From the human T2T-CHM13v2.0 reference genome, Homo sapiens, in the NCBI RefSeq assembly GCF_009914755.1, contig NC_060945.1: a stretch of 64,000 bases of DNA, one strand, 5' to 3'. Shown here piece after piece: positions 45,095 to 62,809 of this stretch. The translations under genes and the position numbers were made by a program. The first letter of the stretch is position 1. The number at the start of each line of letters is the position of its first letter. The notes under the pieces were generated by a model. That model worked only from the letters and a program-made list of their open reading frames with translations. It ran no database searches and was not told the origin of the DNA.

Positions 45095-45899
45095 TGACCG
45101 CGTAATCCACCCGCCTCAGCCTCCCAAAGTGCTGGGATTACAGGTGTGAGCCACCGCGCCCGGACCAAATGATCTTTAGGAGAAAAAAGAAGGAAATACT
45201 GGGGGAGGCACAGTAGGAGATCACAGCAGGGGCCCACCTCCGGAACCTCAAGTAAGGACTTGAGAGAGAAGGTAGAGTCAGAGTAACAGAGACACAGGCG
45301 GGTTAGCCAGCTCTGCATGGAAAAGGCTGAGTCGTGATGATGTCATGGTTCTCCCCAAATCTCAAAGTCACTGATCAAACAACTCAGTTTACACTGAAGA
45401 CGATGGATGAGACTCTAATTTTGTGCCCACAGCTTGACACACCTTTGGGAATTTGGTTTAACTTTCTTTGCCGGTACACAGATCTGTGAGAATATATGAT
45501 CAATCCAGATCTTTATAGATCTATATCCTCCCTGGACAAACCTAAATGCAGACACTTTTAGCACCCGTAGGAGTTAGGTAGGATTAAATAAAAACATTCC
45601 CTCCCACTTGGGGGCACATTCACTGGGAATCCCAGAGCGATGTCGCCTGCCCACACCTGCTAAGTGCGCTCACAGGGCATCTAGTTCCCTCTCTTGAGTT
45701 CCTTTTAAGCAAGCAAGGCAACCTATGTCCAGAGAAGCAGTTACTGTGTCTAAGTAAGTCACTGCATCTTAGGAAAAAGCAAACATTCGCATTTTGCAGT
45801 GCATGATGGGCGCACACCCAAGAAAATTACTCAGCACTTGTTTTTCTCACTTTGGGGTTTTCCCAAAATAATTTCTTCAGTCCAGTTGCCATGAATCTG

Positions 45900-47100
45900 G
45901 AGCCCCCGACTGACCCATCAAGGTCCGATTTGGCTTCGGACACCTCGCAGATCACCCCGCGGCTCAGAGCCCGGATCCTGAAGGGCGCAGCGTGGGCAGG
46001 GGGCGGGCCCGGGAGTTGGAACAGAGGGCACAGACGGCCCCTCCTCGGAGGGGAGGGACCGGAGCCGGGGCCTTTTTCTTTAAGACTCGCAGCACTGGAT
46101 CCCAGAACTTAGTCTGCGCGGCGGCATTGACACTAGCTGGGCTCCTCGGGGCGCGCCCCAGGTGGTCCGAAGCCCGGTCCGCCCTCCACGCAGGTGCCCC
46201 GCGCTCCCCGCTCAGCCATGTCGTCCTACAGCCGCGTGGCGCTGGTGACCGGGGCCAACAGGGGCATCGGCTTGGCCATCGCGCGCGAACTGTGCCGACA
46301 GTTCTCTGGGGATGTGGTGCTCACCGCGCGGGACGTGGCGCGGGGCCAGGCGGCCGTGCAGCAGCTGCAGGCGGAGGGCCTGAGCCCGCGCTTCCACCAA
46401 CTGGACATCGACGACTTGCAGAGCATCCGCGCCCTGCGCGACTTCCTGCGCAAGGAGTACGGGGGGCTCAATGTACTGGTCAACAACGCGGCCGTTGCCT
46501 TCAAGAGTAGGTGCAGGGCTTGGGTTGGGGCCCCCTGGAGCGCTCCGAGGGTGCGGAGGTGGCCAGCCGCAGGCTCCCCACCCGTCCACTTGAGTGACCG
46601 AGGAGGGTGGCGCCGACCCCTAGGGATGCGCTCAGCCCACGCCTCCCGCGAGGCGGTTTTCGCTTTCCGTGATTCGCTGAGCCCCAGGCGGGCCCGGGCG
46701 ACAAACAGCGCGCCCCGCCCGCCGGCCTGTGAGGGCCTGTGCGCGGCCCGGGGCCCTCCCCGAACTGTCAGCCGCTGTTGTGTGCAGGAAAACTGGCCTC
46801 CTGGGAGGGGGCAACGCCCTGCTAGAGTTCATCAGCTTTCCTTCCAACGCGAGAAACATTTTCTCTGCAAAGAAACGGTCTCCGCTCGCTTTGGGCTTTC
46901 GCTTTCCTTGAAAGGGCGCATTCATAGATGCCCGGAGGCATTTGCTCGGGAAAGGAAATGAATCGCTAAAACAGGATTAGCGCGCGCTTGCCCTTGGTGG
47001 ACTTGACAATTTGTGTAATGCAGAGCTTTGATAGGCTCTGGCAAAAAGGAAGCGAGCCTTCTCGTTCCCCCACCCCCGCCCGGGGAGCTTATGTTTGTTA
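45900..47100 (+). promoter_or_regulatory. CBR3: CpG island / CBR3 promoter and 5' region
   Basis: High GC content with abundant unmutated CpG spanning exon 1. GC box GGGGGCGGGC at 45999-46008; TATA-like TTTAAGA at 46079-46085. Confidence 0.85.
46218..46506 (+). CDS. CBR3: Carbonyl reductase [NADPH] 3, coding exon 1 (aa 1-96 plus 1 nt)
   Basis: ATG in a GCCATGT context at 46218. Translates MSSYSRVALVTGANRGIG...NNAAVAFK, including the SDR Rossmann TGxxxGxG and NNAA motifs. Donor A|GTAGGT at 46507; 289 nt, phase 1. Confidence 0.98.
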
Positions 47101-47648
47101 TAAAATACGTGCGTGTGGTCTTAAAAGCATCTTCCTTAAGGAGAGGGGCGGGGATCAAGAGATTGCTTATTCTAACTACTACTGAAGAAAATTACAGGAG
47201 GGCGCAGTGGCTCACGCCTGTAATGCCAGCACTTTGGGAGGCCGAGGCAGGAGAAACGCTTGAACCTGGGAGGCAGTGAGCCGAGATCGCGCCACTGCAC
47301 TCCAGACTGGGAGACAGAGCGAGACTCCGTATGAAAAAAAAAAAAAAAGTTACTACGGAGAAATAAACAGGCCGGCTTCACCTCCAACCTAGTGGGGAAA
47401 AAAAGCCTAAGAGGGAGTGAAATGAAGGATGGGGGAGCAGAAGTCTCCACCCCTCCCTTTGGCCCTAGGCACTCCGCATTGTTGTGCATGGGGACCTGAG
47501 ACTTTCTTTGACCCGCACGGGCAACTCAGCCTGCCGGCTTTCTGAGAGCTGGGGTGCAGGAGTGGGGATTAACACCCCCTAATGCAGCCCTCAGCCATGG
47601 GCTGACAGATTGGTGGATAAATACCCGGCTTCCTGGACGACAGGCGGA

Positions 47649-47658
47649 GGGACTTCCC
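47649..47658 (+). promoter_or_regulatory. Candidate NF-kB site GGGACTTCCC in CBR3 intron 1
   Basis: Full match to GGGRNWYYCC. A second kB-like GGGAATCCC lies at 45625-45633 (-593). Motif evidence only. Confidence 0.4.
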
Positions 47659-47852
47659 CTTGCCTTTCAAGGTATGGGGAATGGACCACCAGCAGCTGCA
47701 AACCTGGGCGCTCATGGCAAGGCAGAATCTCCCGCCTTGCCACACACCTGCTGAATCAAAATCTGCGTTTCCGCTGGGCGCGGTGGCTCACGCCTGTAAT
47801 CCCAGCACTTTGGGAGGCTGAGGCAGGCAGATAACCTGAGGTCAGGAGTTCA

Positions 47853-48104
<252 letters not shown>

Positions 48105-48144
48105 CTACGCACCTTTAAGTTTAAGAAGTGGTAGTCAAAGCCAA

Positions 48145-48695
<551 letters not shown>

Positions 48696-48827
48696 ACCTT
48701 GTTCTTAAAAATTGTTTTAAAATTAACTTGTTTTTCCTTTAGTTGTTAGGAGTTAGGATCCACTTTGTCATGTGAGTTTCAGGGGGAAAAATATGACTTT
48801 CTTTTTGTTTCTTTCTCTTTTTGAAAG

Positions 48828-48935
48828 GTGATGATCCAATGCCCTTTGACATTAAAGCTGAGATGACACTGAAGACAAATTTTTTTGCCACTAGAAACAT
48901 GTGCAACGAGTTACTGCCGATAATGAAACCTCATG
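48828..48935 (+). CDS. CBR3: CBR3 coding exon 2 (108 nt)
   Basis: Polypyrimidine tract plus AAAG| acceptor ending at 48827. Encodes (S)DDPMPFDIKAEMTLKTNFFATRNMCNELLPIMKPH(G). Donor G|GTAAG at 48936; phases match exons 1 and 3. Confidence 0.98.
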
Positions 48936-49202
48936 GTAAGCCCAACGTGTGGACAGTCGGGTTGCATCCCTCAGTAAGAAGTGGGCTACAGGCTTCCCGG
49001 AGCAGGGCTACCCTGCAGAAATCACTCAGGGGTGCTATTTCTCTGAAGGGGGAAAAATAGAAAATTGCTTCATTTTCCCACAGTGTTTGGCTTCTCACTC
49101 CAACATTTTAGTTTAGTTTAGTTTAGTTTAGTTTAGTTTTGTTTTGTTTGGCAGTGGGGTGGGTGGTGGGAAGAAATTTTGCTCTTGTTGTGCAGGCTGT
49201 AG

Positions 49203-49364
<162 letters not shown>

Positions 49365-49581
49365 TAGTCCTGAACTCCTGACCTTCAGGTGATCCACCCA
49401 CCTTGGCCTCCCAAAGTGTTAGAATTACAGGCGTGAGCCACTATGCCCAGCCTTAGCTTTAAGTTCCAAAGATAAGTGTGACATATCACAATGCTTTTGG
49501 GATCCATGTCATGAACTCAATCCTAGAATGATAGAATGCTGTGAGTCCCCAAAGGCCGCTTGCCTCTGGTCAATCTCATGA

Positions 49582-50042
<461 letters not shown>

Positions 50043-50407
50043 TGAACGAGAAATTTTCTTTATTAGGAAATGTCTTGCCTATACCTGCAGGTATTCAATA
50101 AATGTTACTATTATACTTTTCCTACAAACATTGGAGTGCCTGCCATATTCCAGGCATTATGCTGGGATCTGGGTGTGCAATGGTGAGCATTATAGACAGG
50201 GACCATCTCATTGGTGGAGCTGAAACTCTAGTGGGGGAGATATCCATTAGCAAAGAATCTGAAGTGTGAAATGACAGCTGTGCTGGGGTACAGGGAAGCT
50301 TGCTTCCTTGAGGATTTTATTCCCCAAGAAGGTAACTGTGGATTCTTAGAACTGTGGTTTTTATTAAAAATGTGCTTGCTTTTTCTTTTTTTTTTTTTTT
50401 TTTTTGA

Positions 50408-50509
<102 letters not shown>

Positions 50510-51196
50510 TGAGTAGCTGGGACTACAGGCGTGTGCCGCTACGCCCGGCTAATTTTTATATTTTTAGTAGAGACAGGGCTTTGCCATGTTGGCCAGGCTG
50601 GTCTCGAACTCCTGACCTCAAGTGATTCATCTGCCTCAGCCTCCCAAAGTGCTGGGATTACAGGTGTGAGCTACTGCACCTGGCCAGAAGTGTGCTTTTC
50701 TTAATTTAACATTTCGAATATGGATTATTGGCCGGGTGTGGTGGCTCATGCCTGTAATCTCAGCACTTTGGGAGGTTGAGGCAGGAGGATCACTTGAGCC
50801 CACGAGTTTAAGACCAGGCTGAAAAATATGGCAAGACCCTCATCACTTTAAACAAACAAACAAAATTATCTCTGGATGCAAAACCTTTTTTTTTTTTTTT
50901 TTTTTTTTTTCTGAGACAGAGTCTCCCTCCGTCGCCCAGACTGGAGTGCAGTGGCATGAGCTCAGCTCGCTGCAACCTCCGCCTCTCAGGTACGAGAGAT
51001 TCTCCGCCCCAGCCTCTCAAGTAGCTGGGTTTACAGGCGAGCACCACCACGCCCAGCTAATTTTTTTGTATTTCTAGTAGAGACAGGGTTTCACCATGTT
51101 GGCCAGCTTGATCTCGAATTCCTGACCTCAGGTGATCCACCCGCCTTGGCCTCCCAAAATGCTAGGATTACAGGCTTGAGCCACCGCACTCAGACG

Positions 51197-51731
51197 CAAA
51201 AAGTTCTTAACCTAAGAAGGTGAATGGTGAGAGTTGCACTTGTACTCTGTCAGTTTCTGAGTGGGATGAGATCGTAGAAAGCCTGCAGGGAGAACTGCAG
51301 GTGCTTTGAAGGGGATGGAGTTTCTAAATGCAAATCTGAGCCAATATAAACGCACATTTTAAAAACTCTCCTTTTTACACAGAAGGTAACATTTCATACA
51401 ATGTTTGCCACTTTGCTTTTTTTACTCCTTATGTCTGGGGCTCTCTCCAGGTTTGGTCAGAAAGCTTTTATCTTTTTTGTGGCTATATAGGGACGCAGCC
51501 ATTATAGGGATGTCTTTTACCCAGTGTTGGGAAGTTTTCTCCCGATAAATTTTTGAATGGGAACTTGAGAGCTGCAAGGTATTAAGACACCTTTAAAACT
51601 CCATCCCCTTCCAGAGCACCTGCAGTTCTCCCTGCAGGCTTTCTCTGATCCCATCCCACTAAAAAACTGAGCAAGTACAAGAGTACAAGTGCAATTCTCA
51701 CCATTCACCTTTTTAGGTTAAGAAGTTTTTG
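51197..51731. repeat. Non-Alu inverted repeat (arms 51197-51328 and 51592-51731)
   Basis: The arm-2 reverse complement CAAAAACTTCTTAACCTAAAAAGGTGAATGGTGAGAATTGCACTTGTACTC...GAAAGCCTGCAGGGAGAACTGCAGGTGCT...GAAGGGGATGGAGTTT aligns to arm 1. Confidence 0.92.
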
Positions 51732-51765
51732 TGGCCGGGCACAGTGGCTCACACCTGTAATCCTA

Positions 51766-52101
<336 letters not shown>

Positions 52102-52122
52102 CTACACAAAAAATGAAAATTA

Positions 52123-52578
<456 letters not shown>

Positions 52579-53252
52579 TGTATTTGACTTGCTTATTTGT
52601 TCAAGGTTCTGAGTCAATAGGACAAGCAACTACTAAGCCACTAGAGGGCGCAACTTGCCTACTCTTTCTAGAGTAAGGCAGCAGGTGTTTCGGGACCGGT
52701 GGGGCCACCTGGACCTCAGTGGAGGGTGGTGTGGGTGCAGCCCTTCCCAGGGCTGATGACGCATCTGGCTGACGAGGCTGACTGTCAGCCTCTGGCCTCT
52801 CTCCCAGAGGTGTGCCCTCAGATCAAAGAGGACACCTCCTCCCCTTAAGAGGATTTATTTCCTCAAAGGCACAGCTTCTATGATCTGTGTTTTTCTTTCT
52901 TCCTTTCCCATTCACATTTAATTCCTTGTAGCCGCCAAGTTTCTGAGAACAAAGCTGTTTAGAAAGCAATGAAGAACACAACATCACTGATGTAGTATTC
53001 CTGGCCAAAATATTGATGTGACTCTCATCATGAGAACAGACCAATTCACTTTGAGAGAAATACTACAAAATAATGGTCTACAGTCTTCAAAAAAGTCATT
53101 GCCAACTACCTTACATTAAAATATATGAAAGAGATGTGACAATTAAATGCAATCCATGGGCCAGGTGCGGTGACTCACGCCTGTAATCCCAGCACTTTGG
53201 GAGACCAAGGCGGGCGGATCATGAGGTCAGGAGATTGAGACTATCCTCGCTA

Positions 53253-53501
<249 letters not shown>

Positions 53502-54603
53502 TTAAAGCAAACAAAAACTGTAAAAGAACATTACTGGGACAATTTGGACACATTTGAATATGGGCTGTATTTTAGATAATAGTGTTGTATAATGATAAAT
53601 GCCTGGCATGTGGTCATAACTGTAGTAATGTAGGGGAATGCCCTTGCTACCATATATAATACTAAAGTGTTTAAGATGAAGGTTTATGATATCAGCAACT
53701 TGGAGAGAAAAAGGGACAGAGAGGGAAAAAGCAAACACAGCAAAATGTTAACAATTAGTGAACTTAGGTGATGGGCATAGGGTATTTATCGAACTATTCT
53801 TGTAACTTCTCTGTAACAGGAAAGAAATACATACATACACTTCATCTTTGAAAGTGAGAGAGAGAAGGAAGGAAAGAAATACTGAATAGTACTAGGTACC
53901 TGGGGGGATGAGTGAGGTGCTAGTTTCCAAGGACAGAGTGAGGGTATCTCTTGTGGGATTGGGGTCCACAAGAATGTGCAGCTCCCTTGCAATGGGAACT
54001 TGTGGGGAATGCCATTCAGAAAATGAAATAAAATCTACAGATCCGGCCAGGTGCGGTGGCTCATGCCTGCAACCCCAGCACTTTGGGAGGCCGAGGAAGG
54101 CAGAGCACCTGAGGTCAGGAGTTTGAGATCAGCCTGGCCAACATGGTGAAACCCCATCTCTCCTAAAAATACAAAAATTAGCTGGGCATGGTGGCGCACA
54201 CCTGTAATCCCAGCTACTTGGGAGGCTGAGGCAGGAGAATCACTTAAACCCGAGATAGAGGTTGCAGTGAGCTGAGATTGCGCCACTGCACTCCAGCCTG
54301 GACAACAGAGCAAGACTCATCTCAAAGAAAAAAAAAAAGACCCTATTGGACACAGAGAATATGCATTCAGAATAATACATAATAAAAGAACTCACTAAAA
54401 TTAGTGGGGTTTGATGCTGATGAAATGTGTAAATTAACACATTTACTGGTTTTTGGATTTCCACCAGTACTTCAAATTGTAAAATTTTTGGCCTACATAT
54501 TTGTTTCTATGGGCACAATTGTCTCTTTAGTAGCTGTGAATCATGATCAACATGAATATTAATTCATAATTTAATGAATATTAATATTATCAAATAGGGA
54601 CTA

Positions 54604-55059
<456 letters not shown>

Positions 55060-55332
55060 CTAGGACATTGGGTGTGCCTAGGAAATTGAGAGCTTTAGTC
55101 CTTAGGGTGAGAGCACTGTCCCTCAGAAAGCAGGTTTATAAGTACTTGGAGTGTGTATGCTGGGGAGGAGCAGTTTTATAAAACTGCCAGCGGGCTGGGC
55201 ACACGGTGGCTCACACCTGTAATCCTAGCACTTTGGGAGGCCAAAGCGGGCGGATCTCTTGAGGTCAGGAGTTCAAGCCCAGTATGGCCAACATGGTGAA
55301 ACCTCATCTCTACTAAAAAAATACAAAAATTA

Positions 55333-55735
<403 letters not shown>

Positions 55736-55738
55736 TCA

Positions 55739-56014
<276 letters not shown>

Positions 56015-56703
56015 TTACTACCTCACCCATCTCTCAGCGAATCCCTGAGAAAGGGAGCCCCCCCTGTCACTGATGGAGGTGTGTTCTTCCCCTTGGGAGA
56101 ATAGGGCCAAAAAAATTAAATCCCATGGGTGCATAGATTTTATGCCTTCTATAGTCACATTTTTAATCTTTTTTTAAATTTGATTATTACTTTTTGAGAA
56201 AGGGTCTCATTCGTGTCACCCAGGCTGGAGTGTAGTGGAGTGTAGTGGTGTGATCATGGCTCACTGCAATCTCTACTTCCTGGATTCAGGTGATCCTCTT
56301 ACCTCAGCTTCCTGAGTAGCTGAGACCACAGGCACACGCCACCACACCCAGCTAATTTTTCTATTGTTAGTAGAGACAGAGTTTTGCCACGTTGCCCAGG
56401 CTGGTCTTGAACTCCTGGGTTCAAGTGATCCACTCCTCTCAGCCTCCCAAAGTGCTGGGATTACAGATATAAGCCACAGCATCCAGCCACTTTTTTGTTT
56501 TTAATCAGCAATTAAACCTACACAATGGCCAGGTGCGGTGGCTCACACCTGTAATCTCAGCATTTTGGGAAGCTGAGGCAGGAAGATCACTTGATGTCAG
56601 GAGTTCAAGACCAGCCTGGCCAACATGGTGAGACCCTGTCTCTACTAAAAATACAAAAATTAGCCAGAATATGGTGGCTCACGCCTGTAATTCCAGCTAC
56701 TCA

Positions 56704-56844
<141 letters not shown>

Positions 56845-56925
56845 TCAATCATATGTTTGGTATATTATTCAACCAGTGGTTGTACCTCTGTGATATGCTT
56901 TCATATATTTATCGTTCTGTTTCAG

Positions 56926-57362
56926 GGAGAGTGGTGAATATCAGTAGTTTGCAGTGTTTAAGGGCTTTTGAAAACTGCAGTGAAGATCTGCAGGAAAGGT
57001 TCCACAGTGAGACACTCACAGAAGGAGACCTGGTGGATCTCATGAAAAAGTTTGTGGAGGACACAAAAAATGAGGTGCATGAGAGGGAAGGCTGGCCCAA
57101 CTCACCTTATGGGGTGTCCAAGTTGGGGGTCACGGTCTTATCGAGGATCCTGGCCAGGCGTCTGGATGAGAAGAGGAAAGCTGACAGGATTCTGGTGAAT
57201 GCGTGCTGCCCAGGACCAGTGAAGACAGACATGGATGGGAAAGACAGCATCAGGACTGTGGAGGAGGGGGCTGAGACCCCTGTCTACTTGGCCCTCTTGC
57301 CTCCAGATGCCACTGAGCCACAAGGCCAGTTGGTCCATGACAAAGTTGTGCAAAACTGGTAA
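56926..57362 (+). CDS. CBR3: CBR3 coding exon 3 (437 nt incl. TAA)
   Basis: TTTCAG| acceptor ending at 56925. Encodes RVVNISS (catalytic Ser), the YGVSK (YxxxK) motif, CCPGPVKTDMDG (CBR3-type; CBR1 has CCPGWVRTDMAG) and ends VVQNW*. Total CDS 834 nt = 277 aa. Confidence 0.98.
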
Positions 57363-57379
57363 ACGTCTGCTTCGGAGCT

Positions 57380-57420
57380 TGCTGCTTAATAAATGTTGGT
57401 GGAATGAATGAATGAATTGA
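57380..57420 (+). mobile_element. L2 3'-terminal remnant overlapping the CBR3 poly(A) site
   Basis: TGCTTAATAAATGTTGGTGGAATGAATGAATGAA resembles the L2 consensus end GCTCAATAAATATTTGTTGAATGAATGAA. Confidence 0.55.
57388..57393 (+). terminator. CBR3: CBR3 polyadenylation signal AATAAA
   Basis: AATAAA 25 nt after the stop codon, followed by GT/T-rich downstream sequence (TGCTGTGGTTTG...). Confidence 0.85.
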
Positions 57421-57433
57421 TGCTGTGGTTTGA

Positions 57434-57789
<356 letters not shown>

Positions 57790-57792
57790 TGA

Positions 57793-58100
<308 letters not shown>

Positions 58101-58414
58101 TAAGAATCTCCCTGGGAGAAACGTGTCTAGTTCTGGAATCTGGAGCTGAACAACATTGCTATGCCCAACTCTTCAGCCTGAGAGGGAGAAGAACATAGTC
58201 TCAAATTTTAGTGGGCATCGGGACCACCTGGAGGGCTGATTAAGCCAGATTGCCGGTTCCACTCCCCACACCAATTCACTTCATTTCTAACAAGTTCTCA
58301 GGTGGTGCTGACACTGCTGGTGCTGGGACTGCACTTAGAACCACTGGTGTAGCAAGTGGTTTCAGAACTATGGAGCCATTTTCTAGCTGTTCCTTGCTGT
58401 TTCCAGTTTTTTGA

Positions 58415-58826
<412 letters not shown>

Positions 58827-59390
58827 TAGCAGAGCTTGAAGGACTCAGGAGGAATATCTTCTTTAACTGGGACATGATTTCTTCTAGATTTTTCAGCTGG
58901 GTTTTGCATTCTGCATTCCTTCCCAGAATGTTTACGAGGTTGCCCAGCCACCGCAACTGTATCTCTTTACTGAAACTCATGCAGATGTCTTCTCCTTAAC
59001 CTATGCACACTCCCTGTGAACTACAGCCCAGGGTGATTCTTCAGTAACTCCCTAAGCCTTTTTTTTTTTTTTTAATTTGAGACAGTGTCTTGCTTTGTTG
59101 CCCAGGCTAGAGTGCAGTGGCACGATCATGGGTTACTGCAGCCTCGACCTCCAGGGCAAGAGACTTCCATGACTAAAACCTCAAGTGATCCTCCCACCTC
59201 AGCCTCCTAAGTAGCTGGGACTACAGGCATGTGCCATCATGCCCAAATAATTTAATTTTTGGTAGAGACAGGGTCTCACTATGTTGCCCAGGTTGGTCTA
59301 GCACTCCTGAACTAAAGTGATCCTCGCTCCTTTGCCTCTCAAAACGCTGGGATTCCAGACATGAGCCACCGCACCCACCCTCTTTCATAA

Positions 59391-59510
<120 letters not shown>

Positions 59511-62197
59511 TGAGTAGAGTGGCTGGGATTACAGGCGTGCACCACCATGCCTGGCTAATTTTTGTATTTTTAGTGGAGATGGGGTTTCGCCATGTAGGCC
59601 AGGCTGGTCTTGAACTCCTGACCTCAGGTGATCTGCCTGCCTTGGCCTTGCAAAGTGCTGGGATTACAGGAGTGAGCCAAAGCCTCTTTTATAATCATTA
59701 TGACAATAGGTGAGTTCACATTCTCTGCTTTCAAATGGGATTGGTTTTGCAACAGGCCTCCTGGCTTCTGGTTACACCTTGTAGAAAAAAGTCTTGGAGA
59801 GCAAGGAGTCTTCTGAAATAGAAGAAATGTACGCGCAAAGGCTTGCAAGAGTGTCAAGGCTTCGGCAAGAAGGCTAATCACACAAAAAAATTCAGTGGAA
59901 TTTACATTCCGGCTGGCCACAGTGGCTCAAGTCTCTGATCCCAGCACTTTGGGAGGCTGAGGCAGGAGGATCACCTGAGGTCAGGTGTTTGAAACCAGCC
60001 TGGGCAACACAGCAGGCCTCCATGTCTGCAAACAAATCAAACAAAACTTAGCCAGACATGGTGGCACACACCTGTAGTCCTAGCTACTTGGTAGGCTAAG
60101 GTGGAAGGATCAGTTGAACCCAGGAGTTCAAGGCTGCAGTGAGCTATGGTCGTGCCACTGCACTGCAGCATTCTGGGTGACACAGCCAGACCCTGTCTCT
60201 ACTTAAAAAGAAAACGAATCCATTGAAAGATGGAAAAAAAACAAAGGGAAATAACTACAAATTTGCCAAGGTTACCAAGTTTATGATAGGCTGCTCACTG
60301 TGTGAAATTAGAAATGTTGTCACTTGATTATCAAACCCACAAATGTCACATCATATCCCCTGACATAGGTAAGCACTGCAGTCATAAGAGATAATGCTGT
60401 TTTTCCTTAGGGAATCAGTAAAGTATGGGAATGCTCAAGTTTCTTTTATTTGGGGGAACTGAACTGCACAGGATGACCTGGTTATTTCTGGTTCATCACA
60501 GTATGTAGCTATTTGTTTTTCTTAACTCTCTGATTTACAATGGCAGCACCTCAAAGTGTCAGTTTAACTCTCACAGCCTGCACCCACTTTTTCATCCACT
60601 TGGGGTAGGGGGAAGTCTGAATCCCACCTAGACTGCATTTAACATCTTGAGGCCAGATGGAGTGGCTCATGCCTATAATCCCAGCATTTTGGGAGGCCAA
60701 GGCAGGCGGGTTGCTTGAGCCCAGAAGTTTGAGACCAGCCTGGACAACATAGCGAGACCCCTCTCTACAAAAATTCAAAAAGATCAGGCAGACGAGGTGC
60801 ACACCTGTAGTCCCAGCTACTCAGAGGCTGAGGTTGGGAGGATCACTTCAACCTGGGAGGTCAAGGCTGCAGTGAGCCATGATTGCGCCACTGCACTTCA
60901 GCCTGAGTGACAGGACAAGACCCTGTCTCAAAAAAAAGCCTAAAACAACAACAAAAACTTCCTTTAGCCTATTTGTATGTCACTGATTAAATCCAACATG
61001 CTCTTATGGTATTCATCTCAGGCTACAGCTCCTAAGACATTTTAATGTCTCCTTTCCTGGCTCTAAAAACAATTTAATGGCTTTCAATCAGCTTCCCGAG
61101 TATCTTTTGTACTCTCGCCTCCCTCTGCAGCCAAACTCCAGTCCTGCTAATGCCGGGCAATAGCCCAGGAACCACAGAGCACTTCAGGCTCTGCCTGACA
61201 AAGTTACAGACAGGAAGTTCAGAAGAAATGAGCCAGTCCCTTTTATTTCTTCTTCCTCTTTTGTCTCTAACCAATCCTTTTTGGATAAGTGTGTAACCCA
61301 CTTCCTCTTTTGTCTCTAGCCAATCCTTTTAGGATAAGCATGTAGCTCATTTGGATGACCCTTAACTGTCAACTGCTGGTCAGAATGACATTTCTCATTC
61401 TTAGAGAAGGGCTGCCATTAGCCCTTATTGGATGGTCTGCCCAGCACCCTCTTCCAAAATATGATCTCCTGCCCTCCCCTGCCCCCTGCTTCCTTCCCAT
61501 GTTTGCAGCTGCAGCTGCCACAAGGTGACCTTGCCTCTGTTGACTGCTCCAGCTATAGGTTTTTCCTCTAAAAAGAACCAGCTGGATTGGATCAGAGTTG
61601 TTACTGTGCATCTCACCCCCTGTGCCTGAGGAGCAGAGGGAGCCAGCCATTGCCAGAGAAAGAGGCCAACCATCAAGAGGAGCATTTAAGCCAGGTGTGG
61701 TGGCTCCTGCCAGCACAATCCCAGCACTTTGGGAAATCAAGGCAGGTGGATGGCTTGCGCTCATGAGTTTGAGAACAGCCTGGGTAACATGGTGATACCC
61801 TGTCTCTACAGAATAATACAAAAATTAGCCAGGTGTGGCAGTACATGCCTGTAGTCCCAGCTACTTGGGGAGCTGGGGCAGGAGGATTGCTTGAGCCTGG
61901 GAGGTGTTTACAGTGAGCCGTGTTTGTATCAGTACACTCCAGCCTGGATGACAAAGCGAGACCCTGTCTTGGGGAAAAAAAAAAAAAAAAAAAAAAGAAA
62001 AGAAGTGGCCCAAAGAGAAACTCCCTTCCCTGTCCTCAGATCATTCCTGAAATCTTGAATTCTCAGAGATGCTCCAAGATACCCTTGTATCCTTAAAATA
62101 TATTTTCTTTTTCATAAGCTATATTGAATTGGGTAGTTGTTGCTTGCAATCAAAAGGAACCTAACTAATAGAAGTGCATTAACATGTTTTATAGTAT

Positions 62198-62669
62198 TGT
62201 GAAAGGAAAATAAATCTTGGGGCCCCAAAATCACTAAGCTAAAGGGAAGAGTTAAGCTGGGAACTGCTTAGGGCAAACTTGCCTTCCATTCTATTCAAAG
62301 TCACCACTCTGCTCACTGAGATAAATGCATATCTGATTGCCTCATTTGGAGAGGCTCATCAGAAACTCAAAAGAATGCAACCATTTTTCTCTTACCTACC
62401 TATGACCTGGAAGTCCCCTCCAGGCTTCCAGCTGTCCTGCCTTCACCTGGAGCTGTCCCACCTTTCTGGATTGGCCCAATGTACATCTTACACATATTGA
62501 TTGATGTCTCATGTCTCCCTAAAATGTATAAAACCAAGCTGTGCCCTGACCACCTTGGGCAGAAGTTGTCAGAACCTTCTGAGGCTGTGTCATGGTTGCC
62601 CATCCTCAACCTTGGCAAAATAAACTTTCTAAATTAACTGAGACCTGCCTCCGATGTTGGGGGTTCACC
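62198..62669 (+). mobile_element. MER4A-like solo LTR
   Basis: TGTGAAAGGAAAATAAATCTTGGGGCCCCAAAATCACTAAGC...AATAAACTTTCTAAATTAACTGAGACCTG...GGGTTCAC. Confidence 0.78.
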
Positions 62670-62809
62670 CTATGCTGTAGGAAAAAAAACAATTGGGCTT
62701 GGAATCAAAAGGAGAAAAAAATCATGAATTGAGAACCTATGGCAAATTAGACCATATGTCCTGCTTAATGCTTTCCCAACATGGTTTTAGGTAATTCTGA
62801 CTATAGTCC

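Noticed and set aside
45327-45336. ARE-like GCTGAGTCG near the promoter
   Set aside because: Mismatch in the TGA core (needs GCTGAGTCA); weak motif only.
46194-46961. 255-aa ORF running from exon 1 into intron 1
   Set aside because: SDR similarity stops at the GT donor (46507); the remainder is stop-poor GC-rich intron. The true start is the ATG at 46218.
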